The notes: a model not told the origin generated them from the sequence alone. Shown: positions 23,346 to 34,794, counted from the first letter of the whole stretch. The stretch is DNA of 63,765 nt, filler included, from Reclinomonas americana ATCC 50394 (GCA_048213135.1; 20 parts of 20 records of this genome joined end to end with filler, not necessarily neighbours in it); one strand, 5' to 3'. Translations and numbers: made by a program.

Positions 23346-26053
23346 ATGGCATCTGCTGCAGCGACTCTTGACATCGAGTCCGATGGACTCCCCCAGTCGG
23401 CCTCCATTGACTTTGACCACCCAGCCACCGCCAATCGCTCTCTCGTCGACCCGCGTCCACGCGCGGCCTCCACACGCAACTACCCCGAAATCCACACCGC
23501 AAGCTCCGCTGGCTCCAGCAGCCCCCCCTCTTCTCCAACTGCAGTTGCTCGCCCGCGCTCAGGCTCACGCATGATGCTGCCGCTGGGCGAGGGCGCAGGC
23601 ACCACTGACGATGGAGCAGCACCACCGCCTCCATTGGGACGCGCGCGATCGGGGTCTCGCATGGCGGGACACTCGGTGTTGGCGCCCGCCGAGGCCATGG
23701 CCGTTACTGCAGTTGAGTCGCTGCCGGACGAACACACTGTGGCGCCACTGGCGCAGCTGCCGCATGCGCCGCCGTGTGTGCTCTCGTGGAAGCACCTCAC
23801 GGTGTTTGCGCACTCGCGCAAGGCGCACGGCAAGCGCAAGATTGTGATCAATAACAGCTCTGGCCAGCTCTTTGGTGGCTTCACTGCCATTCTCGGGCCG
23901 AGTGGCTCCGGCAAGAGCACGCTGCTGTCGGCGCTGGCGTGTCGTCTGGATGGCAACATGGGCCTCGAAGGAGAAATGCGTTTCAACGGCGAGCGGTACT
24001 CGCTGGCCGACATGAAGGTCTCCGGCGGCTACGTCATGCAGCAGGATCTGCTCAATGCCAACCTGACCGTGGAGGAGACGCTGTACTACACGGCGCGTCT
24101 GCGTCTGTCGAGCACCATGTCGCAGGAGGATTTGGAGCGGCGGGTCGATGCCGTGCTCAAGCAAATGGGTCTGGCGCACACGCGCCACACGATTGTCGGC
24201 GGTGCGCTGCGCAAGGGTATCTCTGGTGGCGAGCGCAAGCGCCTGTGCGTGGCCATGGAGCTCCTCTGCAGCCCGTCGATGCTGTACATTGACGAGCCGA
24301 CCTCGGGTCTCGATTCGGTGACGGCGCTCTCCGTCTGCTCCTACCTCAAGCAGCTGGCCGAGCAGCGCATCTGCACGGTGATGATCTCCATTCACCAGCC
24401 GCAGGCCAGGATTTTTGAACTGTTCGGTGCGCTCTCCCACACCTCACCTCCTCGCCTCACCCAGTATTCTGTTCTTGTTGCTGATGAACTTGCAACCCGC
24501 AGATCAAGTGATTTTGCTGAACCACGGCGAGACGGTGTACCAGGGCCCCTCCAGCCAGGCCGTCGATTTTTACGCGCGTGCCGGCTTCCCGCTGCCGCCG
24601 TTCTGCAACCCGGCCGATCACATCATGGACGTGATCTCGCCCGACCTCGACCTGCTGGCCACCGACCCTGTTGGCGCGCGCCGTGTGGCGGCCGAGAACG
24701 AGGCCAGACTGCGCAGTCAGTTGGTGTTGCCCGACGTGGATCTCTCAGTCGGTGCCTCGATCGTCGAGTCCACTGCGCCGCTGGCCGCCGGCGCCAGCAA
24801 GACGTCGCCGTCGCAGGGCCACGGCCACGGCCCGCATGGCGATCACGGCCATCCACGCAAGACGGGCGACATTGAAGAGGGCGACTTGGATTCGGAGGCA
24901 ACCAAGGCGTTGAGGGCCAGCTGGTGGCGTCAGTACACGACGCTGCTCAATCGCTGCGGCCGCGAGCAGTGGCGCATGCGATTCAACTTGCTGGTGGGCT
25001 GGATTCAAAACATGATCCTCGCCGCCTTGATTGGCGGCGTGTTCTTCCAGATTGGCGACTCGCAGTCCAGCATTGTGCGCCGCACTCCACTGCTCTTCTT
25101 CTGCTGCATCAACCAGGGTCTGGCCGGTGCGCTGGCTGTCGTCAACTCGTTCCCAGCCGAGCGCGTGCTGTCGCTGCGCGAGCGTCTCGCCGGCACGTAC
25201 GTGGTGTCGGCCTACTATTGTGCCAAGATCACCGCCGAGCTGCCGATGCAGATTTTCACGCCGGTGAGTGTTGCTGAGTAGGTGGGAGGGAGGGATTGAT
25301 GATGGCCTTTGCGTTTTGCTGACCGTTGTGCACGGGCACCGCACACAGATCACCTTCAGTATAATTGTGTACTGGATGGCTGGCCTGCGTGGTGAAGGCG
25401 GTCCTTTTATCGTATTCGTGGTGTTTATGATCCTCTGCTCGCTGGCCGCCACGTCACTCGCGCTGGCCGTGTCGGCGCTTTGCCGCACGACATCGGCCTC
25501 GATGGCCGTGCTGCCGCTGTGGTTGGAGGTGTGTGTTGGCTGATCCAAGAGATCGATGTTTGACGGGAATACTCACTGCGTGATTTCTTGTGCCAGATTT
25601 GCCGTCTGTTTGGCGGTTTCTTCTTGTCGCCGGCCGCTCTGCCCAAGTACTTCTCGTGGCTGGTGCGTAATTCGTGCTGCAATATTTGTGTAGTGATCTC
25701 TGCGTCTCATCACTGCCATCGTCTTGTGTTACACAAACAGGATGCCCTGAGTTTTGTCAAGTTTCGTCAGTGATTCGGCCGCCTCGCCTCGTCTGGTATC
25801 ACACTGTGTTGCTTACCCTTCCCGCAGATACACATACGTGGGAATTGCGCTGAATGAGCTGCAAGACCTGCCGCTGACCTGCACCAGCGCGCAACTGGTT
25901 AACGGCTCGTGTCCCATCACCTCAGGAAACCAACCCATTGGCACTCTGGGCCTGGACTACATCTCCATCGGCGGGTGCGCCGGCGTGCTCATCGCTCTCA
26001 TTGTTTTCCTCCGTGTGGTGGCCTATCTCGGCATCCGCTTCCTCAAGACGTGA
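23346..26053 (+). CDS. ABCG / White-family half transporter, apparently complete, 6 exons
   Basis: Walker A GPSGSGKST, signature ISGGERKR, Walker B LYIDEPTSGLD, SIHQP, CNPADH, ER..RERLAGTY. Exons 23346-24426, 24503-25263, 25349-25528, 25597-25662, 25741-25760 and 25828-26053 are phase-consistent. Confidence 0.95.
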
Positions 26054-26617
26054 GCGAAGAGCGAGAGAGAGATAGAGCGAGTGGTGGTTTTTTGTTAGTA
26101 AGGCCCGTTTTTTGTCGTCCTTTCATGATTAGTGGTGTTATTTTATGAAAAGAGCCGTGTGTGTGGCATGCGAGGGAGAGGGAGAGGGAGAGAGGGAGAG
26201 AGAGAGAGAGAGAGAGAGANNNNNNNNNNNNNNNNNNNNNNNNNNNNNNNNNNNNNNNNNNNNTTAATTAATTAANNNNNNNNNNNNNNNNNNNNNNNNN
26301 NNNNNNNNNNNNNNNNNNNCATCACGCAATCAGGAATCGTGCCACCCCGGCCCGCTGGGACGCGTCGATCGGACAAGACCAAAGAGGCGGCCGGTCGAGG
26401 GCCGCTTGCATCGCCGACGAAACGGCCGTGCGTTGCCATCCAGGATCGAGCGAGCCGCGCCTCTCCTCAACGGCATGCCTGCTCCCCGGCAAACGATCAA
26501 TGTCCGGTTGTGCCGGATCTTGCCCGGACGAGCCACCCGTTGTTATCGATCGGGAACAGCGAGCAGCCAGCCCGCGCTTGGCGTGACGGCTGCAGCCGTC
26601 CACGCGAGCCAGCTCTG

Positions 26618-27568
26618 CTAGGCAGCGGTCAGGAAGCGCGTCACCGCGTCAAGGAACTCGGCCGGTCGCTCGACATTGAGCATGTGAACGCCCGGCAGGA
26701 GCACCAGCCTGGCGCCAGGAATCGTTGCAGCAATCTCCTCGCTGTGGCTGGCCAAGGTCACCTTGTCATCGATGCCGCCGATCACCAGGGTCGGCGCCTT
26801 GATCAGCGCGATCGTCCGGCGCAGGTCGCAATCGCGCAAGGCAGCAAAGCAGCCGGCGAGCCCTCGCGGCGGCGTCGCCAGGACCATGGCGCGGAAGGTG
26901 TCGACGATCTCGTTCGGGCCCGCCAGCATCGAGGCCGGGAACCAGTTGCGCATGAATTGGTCCGCCGTGTCCGCCATGTCCTTGACCGCGAGCACCGCCC
27001 GGATCTGCGCGTCGAAATTGGAAGGCGGCCCGAGATAAGCCGCGGTGTTGGAGAGGATGAGCCGGCCGATCCGATCCGGCGCATGGACGGCGAGCCACTG
27101 TCCGACCCAGCCCCCCATCGACAGGCCGCAGAAATGGGCCTGCTTGATCTCCAGTGAATCCAGCAGCTCGATCACGTCGCGCCCCAGCCGGTCGACCGAG
27201 TAGGCGCCAGCCGGCGTGTCGGACTTGCCGTGGCCGCGAAAATCATAGCGCAGCACGCGGTAGGCCTCCGACAGCGTCTGCACCTGCCCGTCCCACATAT
27301 GAAGCGAGGTGGCGATCGAATTCGACAGCACCAGGACGGGACGGTCGGCGCCGCCGGTCAGCTGATAGGCGATGCGGCAGCCGTCGCCGGCGGTGAAATG
27401 GCGGGTCTCGGTCATCTTGCTCTCATAGCTTGTCTGAGTTGGGTTGATGGCGTTCGGCGCTGCCCCGATGCTGGGACCGCCGGCCGACTGCGCTGCGGCC
27501 AGGCCTGGCGCCACGAGAGCGGAACCACCGAGTGCGATTGCGCCGCGACGCGTGACGAAACCCGGCAT
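26618..27568 (-). CDS. Bacterial alpha/beta hydrolase, 3-oxoadipate enol-lactonase (PcaD)-like
   Basis: VLVLSNSIAT, RYDFRGHGKSD, nucleophile GLSMGG, PTLVIGG.DD, HMLNVERP. Start is either 27568 (GGAAGGA upstream) or 27415. Confidence 0.9.
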   Translation of the reverse strand: MPGFVTRRGAIALGGSALVAPGLAAAQSAGGPSIGAAPNAINPTQTSYESKMTETRHFTAGDGCRIAYQLTGGADRPVLVLSNSIATSLHMWDGQVQTLSEAYRVLRYDFRGHGKSDTPAGAYSVDRLGRDVIELLDSLEIKQAHFCGLSMGGWVGQWLAVHAPDRIGRLILSNTAAYLGPPSNFDAQIRAVLAVKDMADTADQFMRNWFPASMLAGPNEIVDTFRAMVLATPPRGLAGCFAALRDCDLRRTIALIKAPTLVIGGIDDKVTLASHSEEIAATIPGARLVLLPGVHMLNVERPAEFLDAVTRFLTAA

Positions 27569-27677
27569 GCCGCATGTCCTTCCGATCAAATGGGGCCTTG
27601 CTCCGGCCGCCTCGGGGCCGGCGGCACGAGTGCCGGTCGCAGATATCGCTAGGCCAAGTCAGCATCGTAGAATATTA

Positions 27678-27707
27678 CTATGTTTCGACAATCTCTGTCG
27701 GAAATAG
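27678..27707. promoter_or_regulatory. Imperfect dyad between the divergent hydrolase and LysR genes; candidate operator
   Basis: CTATGTTTCGACA-ATCTC-TGTCGGAAATAG, immediately upstream of the likely LysR start. Confidence 0.45.
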
Positions 27708-27712
27708 AGACA

Positions 27713-28618
27713 TTGAGCGAACTGAAGCTTCACGATCTCAGGTGCTTCGACGCTGTCGCCAGTCAGGGCAGTTTTCAGGCCGCAGCGGTCGTCCTGAATC
27801 GCTCGCATCCATCGGTGTTCGCAGCCGTCGCCCGCCTCGAGCATGTGCTCAAGCTGACCCTGCTCGACCGCAGCGGCTACAGGGTGAGTTTGACGGAGGC
27901 CGGGGCGCTGTTTCATGCGCGCGCCCGGCTGATGCTGCGCGAGCTCGACCATCTGCACGGCTATGCCGATCAACTGGCGAGCGGCGAGGAAACGATCCTG
28001 CGCGTCGTTCTGGGCGATGTCTGTCCGCGGCCCTGCGCCCTACGCTTGCTCGGCCGGTTTTTCGCCCGCCACAACCGGACGCGTCTCCATCTGGAGTATG
28101 AAACGATCAACGGACCGCTCGAGCGCCTGCTGGAGGGTGATGCCGACCTGATCCTGCATCGCGCCGACCCGTCGGATCCGCGCCTCGAACGGATCGATCT
28201 TTGCACGGTGGAGTTCGTTCCGGTGGTGGCGCCGGGATTCCTGTCACTCACCCCAGGGCTTGCCATCACCCCCGAGCAGATGCGGCCTTACACCCAATGC
28301 GTCATCCGCGACACGGCGCGACAGCCGTCCCCTGACAGCTATTTCCTGATCGAAGGCTCGCAGCGCTGCTCCGTCCCGGACCATCAGATGAAGAAGGAGC
28401 TGATCCTCCACAGGCTGGCCTGGGGGCATCTGCCCGCATGGCTCATCGCCGAGGAGCTCAAGGACGGCAGGCTGCTCGCGATCGCCGGCGAACATCTGCC
28501 CGGCCGGGTCGAAACCGTTGCGGCGATACGCCGGCGCGATCGGTCCCATGGCCCGGTCGCGGAAGCGCTATGGCAGCATCTGCGGGCACAGCCAGCTTCG
28601 ATCACCCGCGATTTCTAG
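27713..28618 (+). CDS. LysR-family transcriptional regulator (bacterial)
   Basis: HTH LRCFDAVASQGSFQAAAVVLNRSHPSVFAAVARLE...LLDRSGYRVSLTEAG, about 300 aa, divergent from the hydrolase. Start is TTG 27713 or ATG 27680. Confidence 0.95.
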   Translation: MSELKLHDLRCFDAVASQGSFQAAAVVLNRSHPSVFAAVARLEHVLKLTLLDRSGYRVSLTEAGALFHARARLMLRELDHLHGYADQLASGEETILRVVLGDVCPRPCALRLLGRFFARHNRTRLHLEYETINGPLERLLEGDADLILHRADPSDPRLERIDLCTVEFVPVVAPGFLSLTPGLAITPEQMRPYTQCVIRDTARQPSPDSYFLIEGSQRCSVPDHQMKKELILHRLAWGHLPAWLIAEELKDGRLLAIAGEHLPGRVETVAAIRRRDRSHGPVAEALWQHLRAQPASITRDF

Positions 28619-28659
28619 GATCGCCCTGTCCGCCGCGCTTCGGGGTGTCAGGCACTCCT

Positions 28660-28830
28660 GGCCGTTGAGGAACGCGTCCTCCTGGTCGGGATTGCCGAGC
28701 CCGTGCAGCGTCAGCAGGTCGAGCACGCCGACGCGATAGCGCTCCTCGATCGCGTCGGCTAGTTGCTCGGGGGGTGCCCGCGACGGCCCAGTGTCCGGTG
28801 TCCTGCGCCGGGATGAGCTCGCGGAGGGCA
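28660..28830 (-). pseudogene. C-terminal remnant of an NtaA/DszA-type flavin-dependent monooxygenase
   Basis: LRELI...GHWAVAGTP/EQLADAIEERYRVGVLD, read across a one-base shift in the G6 run at 28769-28774. It resembles the GTPEQIAD.LEEW motif; the upstream body of the gene is absent. Confidence 0.55.
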
Positions 28831-28939
28831 GCCCGCGGCCAAAAAATCATAGTTTTCTATTGCCATGAGCGGGGGTAACGCGGCTTGTTCTGGTCGCAAC
28901 CGCCCCATGATTTGGCTCACTCCCTTCGGAGGATTTCCG

Positions 28940-29420
28940 TTGCACGCCGTCAGTTCAAGTCCGGCATTCGAAATGAAGGTCCTGGACCCTCGAATCCATG
29001 AATGGGGATTACCTCGCTACCAAACGGACATGTCGGCCGGGATCGACCTGTACGCCTGCGTCGATGAACCGATCGAGCTCCAGCCTCAGGCAGAGCCCGT
29101 CTTGATCCCATCAGGAATTGCCATCCTGATGAACAATGCGAACATGGTAGCCTTCCTGCTCGCCCGCTCGGGATTGGGGCACAAGAAGGGTCTTGTTCTT
29201 GGTCAGGCCGTAGGGACTATCGATGCCGATTATGCGGACCAGATATTCATCAGCGCTTGGCTCAGGAATCCTCCCGGCAGCGCCTCTTTGACTGTCAATC
29301 CCGGGGACAGGATCGCTCAGCTCGTCTTCCTGCCCATTGTGAGACCGGCATTTCGGATAGTCGAGGCGTTCAGCGCGACAACGGGCCGAGGCCGAGGCGG
29401 ATTTGGCTCCACGGGGGTCT
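28940..29420 (+). CDS. dut: Trimeric dUTPase; stop codon cut by contig end
   Basis: Motifs AGIDL, ARSGLG, GTIDADY, GDRIAQL and RGRGGFGSTG; GGAGGA precedes TTG 28940. Confidence 0.95.
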
Positions 29421-29520
29421 NNNNNNNNNNNNNNNNNNNNNNNNNNNNNNNNNNNNNNNNNNNNTTAATTAATTAANNNNNNNNNNNNNNNNNNNNNNNN
29501 NNNNNNNNNNNNNNNNNNNN

Positions 29521-29745
29521 AACCGTCGCACCTCCTCGCCACTCTCCAGCGACCACACACGCACGGTACAGTCTCCACACCCACTCACTATCTGCTGGCC
29601 ATCTGGGGTGACGGCGACAGACCACACCGGACCAGTGTCTCTCTCCAGTCGTCGCACTTCTTCTCCGCTCGCCAGAGACCACATTCGAACGGTGCTGTCC
29701 ATGCATCCACCAACAATGTGCTGGCAATCGGGAGTTAAGAAGCGA
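29521..29745 (-). CDS. WD40-repeat protein fragment
   Basis: TPDCQHIVGGCMDSTVRMWSLASGEEVRRLERDTGPVWSVAVTPDGQQIVSGCGDCTVRVWSLESGEEVRR: two similar WD40 units. Confidence 0.8.
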
Positions 29746-29919
29746 GACCCTGAATGATCTGTGTTGATCACCCGCGGGTGAGACGCACATGCACAAACAA
29801 CAACCGCACACACGCACGAGCACACCAATGAACGCACAGACACCAACCACGCAAAAATGTGCATACATTCACACCTTTGTTGCCATTCTCCGTGCGTTGT
29901 GTGCGCGCGCGTGTGTTCG

Positions 29920-30000
<81 letters not shown>

Positions 30001-30823
30001 AGAAGCACCAACTCTGATTCATCCGACGGAACATCAACATCCTCTTTCTCTCGCGCGCGTGCGCCTCGCGGTGCTGTTTGTGTCTCAGTGCCCCCTGTCT
30101 CTCTGCGTCCTCGTCGTGGTGCTCCATTCTCCAACTGCGATGTGAGTGAGATGTTGCGGCATTGAATGTGCATGCATGCATGACGAGCCTGTTCCACTCG
30201 ACCCGCCATGAGCATCAACTCCCTCCGAGTCACGCACGTGAGTCGGGTGGAGAGGCAAGAACACACGATTCAGAAAGAGAGCCGGCGCCAAGAGGCAGCG
30301 CAACTCGTGTGTGGGTGCGTCACACCATTTGTTCAGGACACACACGCACGCGAGGGAAACGAGTGCGCAGGGCAAGTGCGCTCCCTCCCCGTGGCGTGTG
30401 TAACGAGAAGAGTGGCCGTCTGAATCCATGATTGATGCACTCTCCATGTTCATGCGGTGCCGGTGTGAGAATGGGAGGCGGAAATGACGCCACTGGCCGC
30501 TGCTTCAAAAAGCGACAGGCTGGCATCCACGCCGCGTTCGAATGACAAGGCGACATGAGGGGTGTGTTGGTTGGTGAAGGAGGACTCACTCAATGCCGAG
30601 TAGCATGCGTGTTAGTTCATTCCGTGGTCTCATCTCAATCGCCCACACCCATCCACACACACCTCGCACCCGGCATTCTCTTCTTGCACTCCCACTGCAC
30701 TGTGCTGTGCTGTATCTGCTTTCCGGCTGCCTGCACTTGGCACGTGCAAGGGTGAGGCGGTGTGGCGGTCAACAGGAGAGAGTCGCGCAGTGACAGCCAT
30801 CGGTCTTCGTACATTCATTGAGC

Positions 30824-31116
30824 TCACTCCGACCAGCACCATCCAGGCGCACGGCCTTTAATCACCTCTGCATCCTCCAGCACAAAACACCGCAGCACGA
30901 CGTCGACCAGGATCCAGTCACAGCCATCTTCTTCGGCAAGCAGCTCGTTGACGGCCAGCACGGCTGATCGTGCGGCCGCAAGCTCATGCCGCGCCGGCCC
31001 ACGCGGCGTGGACCACACTCGGATCGTCTCGTCTCCGCACTCCACGATGTGCTGGCCATCGGGAGTAACGACGACAGAGTATACCCATCCAGTGTGTCCC
31101 CCACAACCGTCCAACA
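30824..31116 (-). CDS. Terminal exon of a WD40-repeat protein, same repeat type as 29521-29745
   Basis: GHTGWVYSVVVTPDGQHIVECGDETIRVW followed by a helical tail. There may be a one-base shift in the C5 run at 31098-31102. Confidence 0.7.
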
Positions 31117-31545
31117 CTGCGCAACAGGAACAAAGGAAAGAAAGAAGAAACAATATGATGAGAGAGTGGGTTGTGAAGCAAGAGAGGACAGACATCGGCG
31201 AACGGGATGCAATGAGGGGAATGAGAGAGGAGTAGCGTGCTGCAATTACGTGGGTGCAAAAAGAAGAAGAGAAAGAGGGTAGGCACCAATCGGAATGGGG
31301 AGGAAGAGGATAGCAAGCGTGGAACGCGGCACTCAATCGACACGAAGCAGAACAATGCGAGACGAGAAGAAAGAGAGAGTGGGCGCACGGAGGCGTGAAC
31401 AGTGCAAGTGCATGACATGAAGGAAGGAGAACAGGGCGGATCTTGAGAAGCAGACGATGGAGAGGAGGGAGGCATTGAAAGGGAAGCCATTGAAGAGCGA
31501 TCAGCTGACACAGGAGAGAACGAAACGAGGTGAAGGAGAAAGAGA

Positions 31546-32000
31546 GTGGGAGGAGGCGTGAAGGATGCAAGTGAAAAGAGATCACGAATGGAGAAAAGGG
31601 ACCGAAAAGGGAAGTCCTTGAAGCACAGAGAGGTGAGGAGAAGGAGAGTGAGAGTGAGAGGAGGCGTGAAGGATGCAAGTGAAAAGAGATCAAAGAAGGA
31701 GAAAGGGACCGAAAGGGAAGTCCTTGAAGTACAGAGAGGTGAGGNNNNNNNNNNNNNNNNNNNNNNNNNNNNNNNNNNNNNNNNNNNNTTAATTAATTAA
31801 NNNNNNNNNNNNNNNNNNNNNNNNNNNNNNNNNNNNNNNNNNNNAGAAGCAGAGTGGATGGAGGCGTGAAGGATGCAAGTGACAAGAGATCAAGGAAGGA
31901 GAAAGAGACCGAAAAGGGAAGTCCTTGAAGCACAGAGAGGTGAGGATAAGCAGAGTGGACAGAGGCGTGACGGATGCAAGTTAACAGAGATCAACGAAAA
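31546..32000. repeat. ~110-bp tandem repeat present on both sides of the spacer at 31745-31844
   Basis: The unit GAGGCGTGAAGGATGCAAG...GGGAAGTCCTTGAAGCACAGAGAGGTGAGG occurs at about 31552, 31661, 31861 and partially 31962. Confidence 0.85.
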
Positions 32001-33189
32001 GCAACAAGGGCGGCTCACGGGAAGGGGCAATGGAGAGGAGAGAGGCCAAGAAAGGAAGGCAATAGAAGACACAAGAAAGAGCGAGACGAGGCGAGGCGAG
32101 GTGAGGAAAGGAGAGTGGGAGGAGTCGTGAAGGGTGCAAGTGAATGTGACCAAGGCGAGGGATGATGTGAGGAACAACGAGAAATAAAGGTGACGCGAAT
32201 CACTCACCAGCTGCTCAGTATGTGAGACACAAGAACACAGTCGGCGCAGCGTGTACTCGCTCCGCGTCATGGGTGCCGCACAAGGCGGGCAAGGAGAGAT
32301 CTGAATGCGATGCTGGAGCGCGCCATTGCGAGGCACATGCACACATCTCGTCGCCACGGCGCTCCGTCTCGCAAAACACAAAGGACAGATGGTGCGATGG
32401 CAGGCCTCACTTCCCTGCGACATGAGAGCGCATGTGTGAGCAAAGAAAAAAGCAGAGCAGCCGGCACTCGTGTTGCATGCACCACCACAAGCACACACCG
32501 ATCGACAGAAAATGCGTGTGGGCATTCGAGCAGTCAAGGGACACAGCGGCAGGTGACGGGATGCCGCCCAGCAGCACCTGCTGCAGCATAGCATGTGGAT
32601 CAGGCGAGTCGAAATGCGTCCCACATCTGTCGCAGAAGTGGCACCATGCGTGTCAGTGCATGACCATGCTGGTCGTCCTCCCTTCAACCTCAATCGCACA
32701 CGATCCTCTTCTCTCTCCACTCCTCTAACCGCTCCCGTCAACTCACACCGCACGTGTGTATCGTCGAACACCACCAGCATCATCAGCTGCTGTGGAGGAG
32801 TGCGTGACGGTCGACCAACGCAGAGCCACCAACAGGAAGAACAAGATGCGCCACATTGCGAATCCGGCGGTGGCCGACGACTGGCTCACACGAGCTCCCA
32901 TCGATATCACGCCGGCTGACAAGCGACGGTCGAATGGCACCGCTCTCACACAATCATCGCTTGCAGGCGGAGAGCGCGATAAGGTGAGTGTGGGCGCAGA
33001 ATTGGGTGAAGAAGGAGGGCAAAGAGAGTGAATCGGTGAATCTGAAGCGAGAGGGAGACAGAAGAAAGCAACGGTGGCATGGCGGACAAGGGGGAGAGGG
33101 GGGAGAGGGGTACAGAGACAGGAAGAGTACAGGCAAGAGGAGGATGGAGACCTAAGGGGAGAGGGAAGCAGAAGAGAAGGGAAAGGGAA

Positions 33190-33815
33190 AGAGAAGGAAG
33201 AGGCAGAGACAACAACAGAGCGATGATTCAATGGGGGTGAAGACGGAAGGGAAAGGGAAGACGCGAAGGATGAGAAGAAAGCAGAAGGGGAAAACAGGCA
33301 GAGACAACAGAGCGATGATTCAACGAGGGTGGAGACGGAAGGGAAAGGGAAGACGCGAAGGAGCTCGAGGAGAAAGCAGAAGAGAAGGAAGAGGCAGAGA
33401 CAACAACAGAGCGATGATTCAACGAGGATGAAGACGGAAGGGGAGAGGGAAGATGCGAAAGATGAGAAGAAAGCAGAAGAGAATGAAGAGGCAGAGACAA
33501 CAGAGCGATGATTCAACAAGGGTGAAGACGGAAGGGAAAGGGAAGACGCGAAAGAAGGAAAAGCAGAAAGCAGAAGGGGAAAAGAGGCAGAGACAACAAT
33601 AGAGCAATGATTCAATGAGGATGAAGACGGAAGGGAAAGGGAAGACGCGAAGGAAGGGAAGAAAGCAGAAGAGAATGAAGAGGCAGAGAAAACAACAGAG
33701 CAATGATTCAGACAGAAGGGAAAGGGAAGACGCGAAGGAAGAGAAAGCGAAAGAGGGGGGCGGAGGGGGAAGAGAGAATGAGGAGGAAGAGACAACAGTG
33801 CAATGATTCATCAAG
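33190..33815. repeat. ~95-bp purine-rich minisatellite, about 7 copies
   Basis: GAGACAACAGAGCRATGATTCA...GAAGACGGAAGGGAAAGGGAAGACGCGAA recurs, with ATGATTCA near 33223, 33314, 33414, 33508, 33607, 33703 and 33803. Confidence 0.85.
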
Positions 33816-33912
33816 GGTGGAGAGGAGAGAGAGGCGATTGCATGAACGCACAGATGCACATCCATCTGTCACTCTGAACAGAGCCATGGATGAGAAGAGG
33901 AATTCGAAGGGC

Positions 33913-33949
<37 letters not shown>

Positions 33950-34794
33950 ACGAGAGGAGAGAGAGTGTGGTGGGNNNNNNNNNNNNNNNNNNNNNNNNNN
34001 NNNNNNNNNNNNNNNNNNTTAATTAATTAANNNNNNNNNNNNNNNNNNNNNNNNNNNNNNNNNNNNNNNNNNNNAAAGGGAGTGGGAAGAGGAAGAAAAA
34101 GAGAAAGAGGCGAAGAAGGAGAAGAGGGAAAGGAATGGGGGAGAAAAAGAGAGGGAGTGGCAGGAGAAGAAAGAGAGAAAGAGGCGAAGAAGGAAAGGAT
34201 GCAGAGGGAAAGGAGCGCGCGAGGAAGAGGAAGAGAGAAGAGAAAGAGGAAGGTGACGGACGATGCACAACGTGCAAGAAGGGGAGAGGAATGAGGGAGG
34301 GATGATCATGAAGAAGGACAGGAGTGGGGAAGAAGAAGAGGCGAAGAAGGAAGGGATGCAGAGGGAAAGGAGCGGTGAAGAAAAATGGAAAGGGAGTGGG
34401 AACAGGAAGAAAAAAGAGAAAGAGGCGAAGAAGGAAAGGATAAATAGGGAAAGGAGCGCGCGAGAAAGAGGAAGAAAGCCGAAACGATAGACAGAGAAAG
34501 AAGACAGGAATATTAATGGCGGTGATGTGCAACGATGGAGGAAAGGAGAGAGGCGCGCGGTAGGAGAGCAAGGGAGACAGGAAGAAGAAAGAGAGAGAAA
34601 AAAGGTGGCGTGAGAGAGATGAAGTCGAGAAAGGAAAGGAAGGAGCGTGATCAGCAAACGGCCGATATATAATCACCGCCACACACGCACACATGCGGTG
34701 AAGAGGTACATGGAGAAGGAATAGAGGGAGAAGAGACGCAAAGAGAGAGCGAGAGAGTGTGCAATGCAGGCGGGGCGGTGGAATAACTGCATGA

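Noticed and set aside
23565..25548. Long antisense ORFs over ABCG (likewise over S74, coiled-coil and YIPF exons)
   Set aside because: Shadow ORFs from GC-rich codon usage; the opposite strand carries the conserved motifs.
26320..29420. Bacterial genes as horizontal transfer into the eukaryote
   Set aside because: The whole contig is bacterial in organisation, intronless and bounded by spacers, with no junction to eukaryotic DNA.
32200..32990. Possible spliced gene with a signal-peptide-like MWRILFFLLVAL
   Set aside because: Frame and strand are ambiguous; no family recognised.
33190..33815. Repeat array as CRISPR
   Set aside because: The whole unit repeats with degeneration; no unique spacers and no cas genes.
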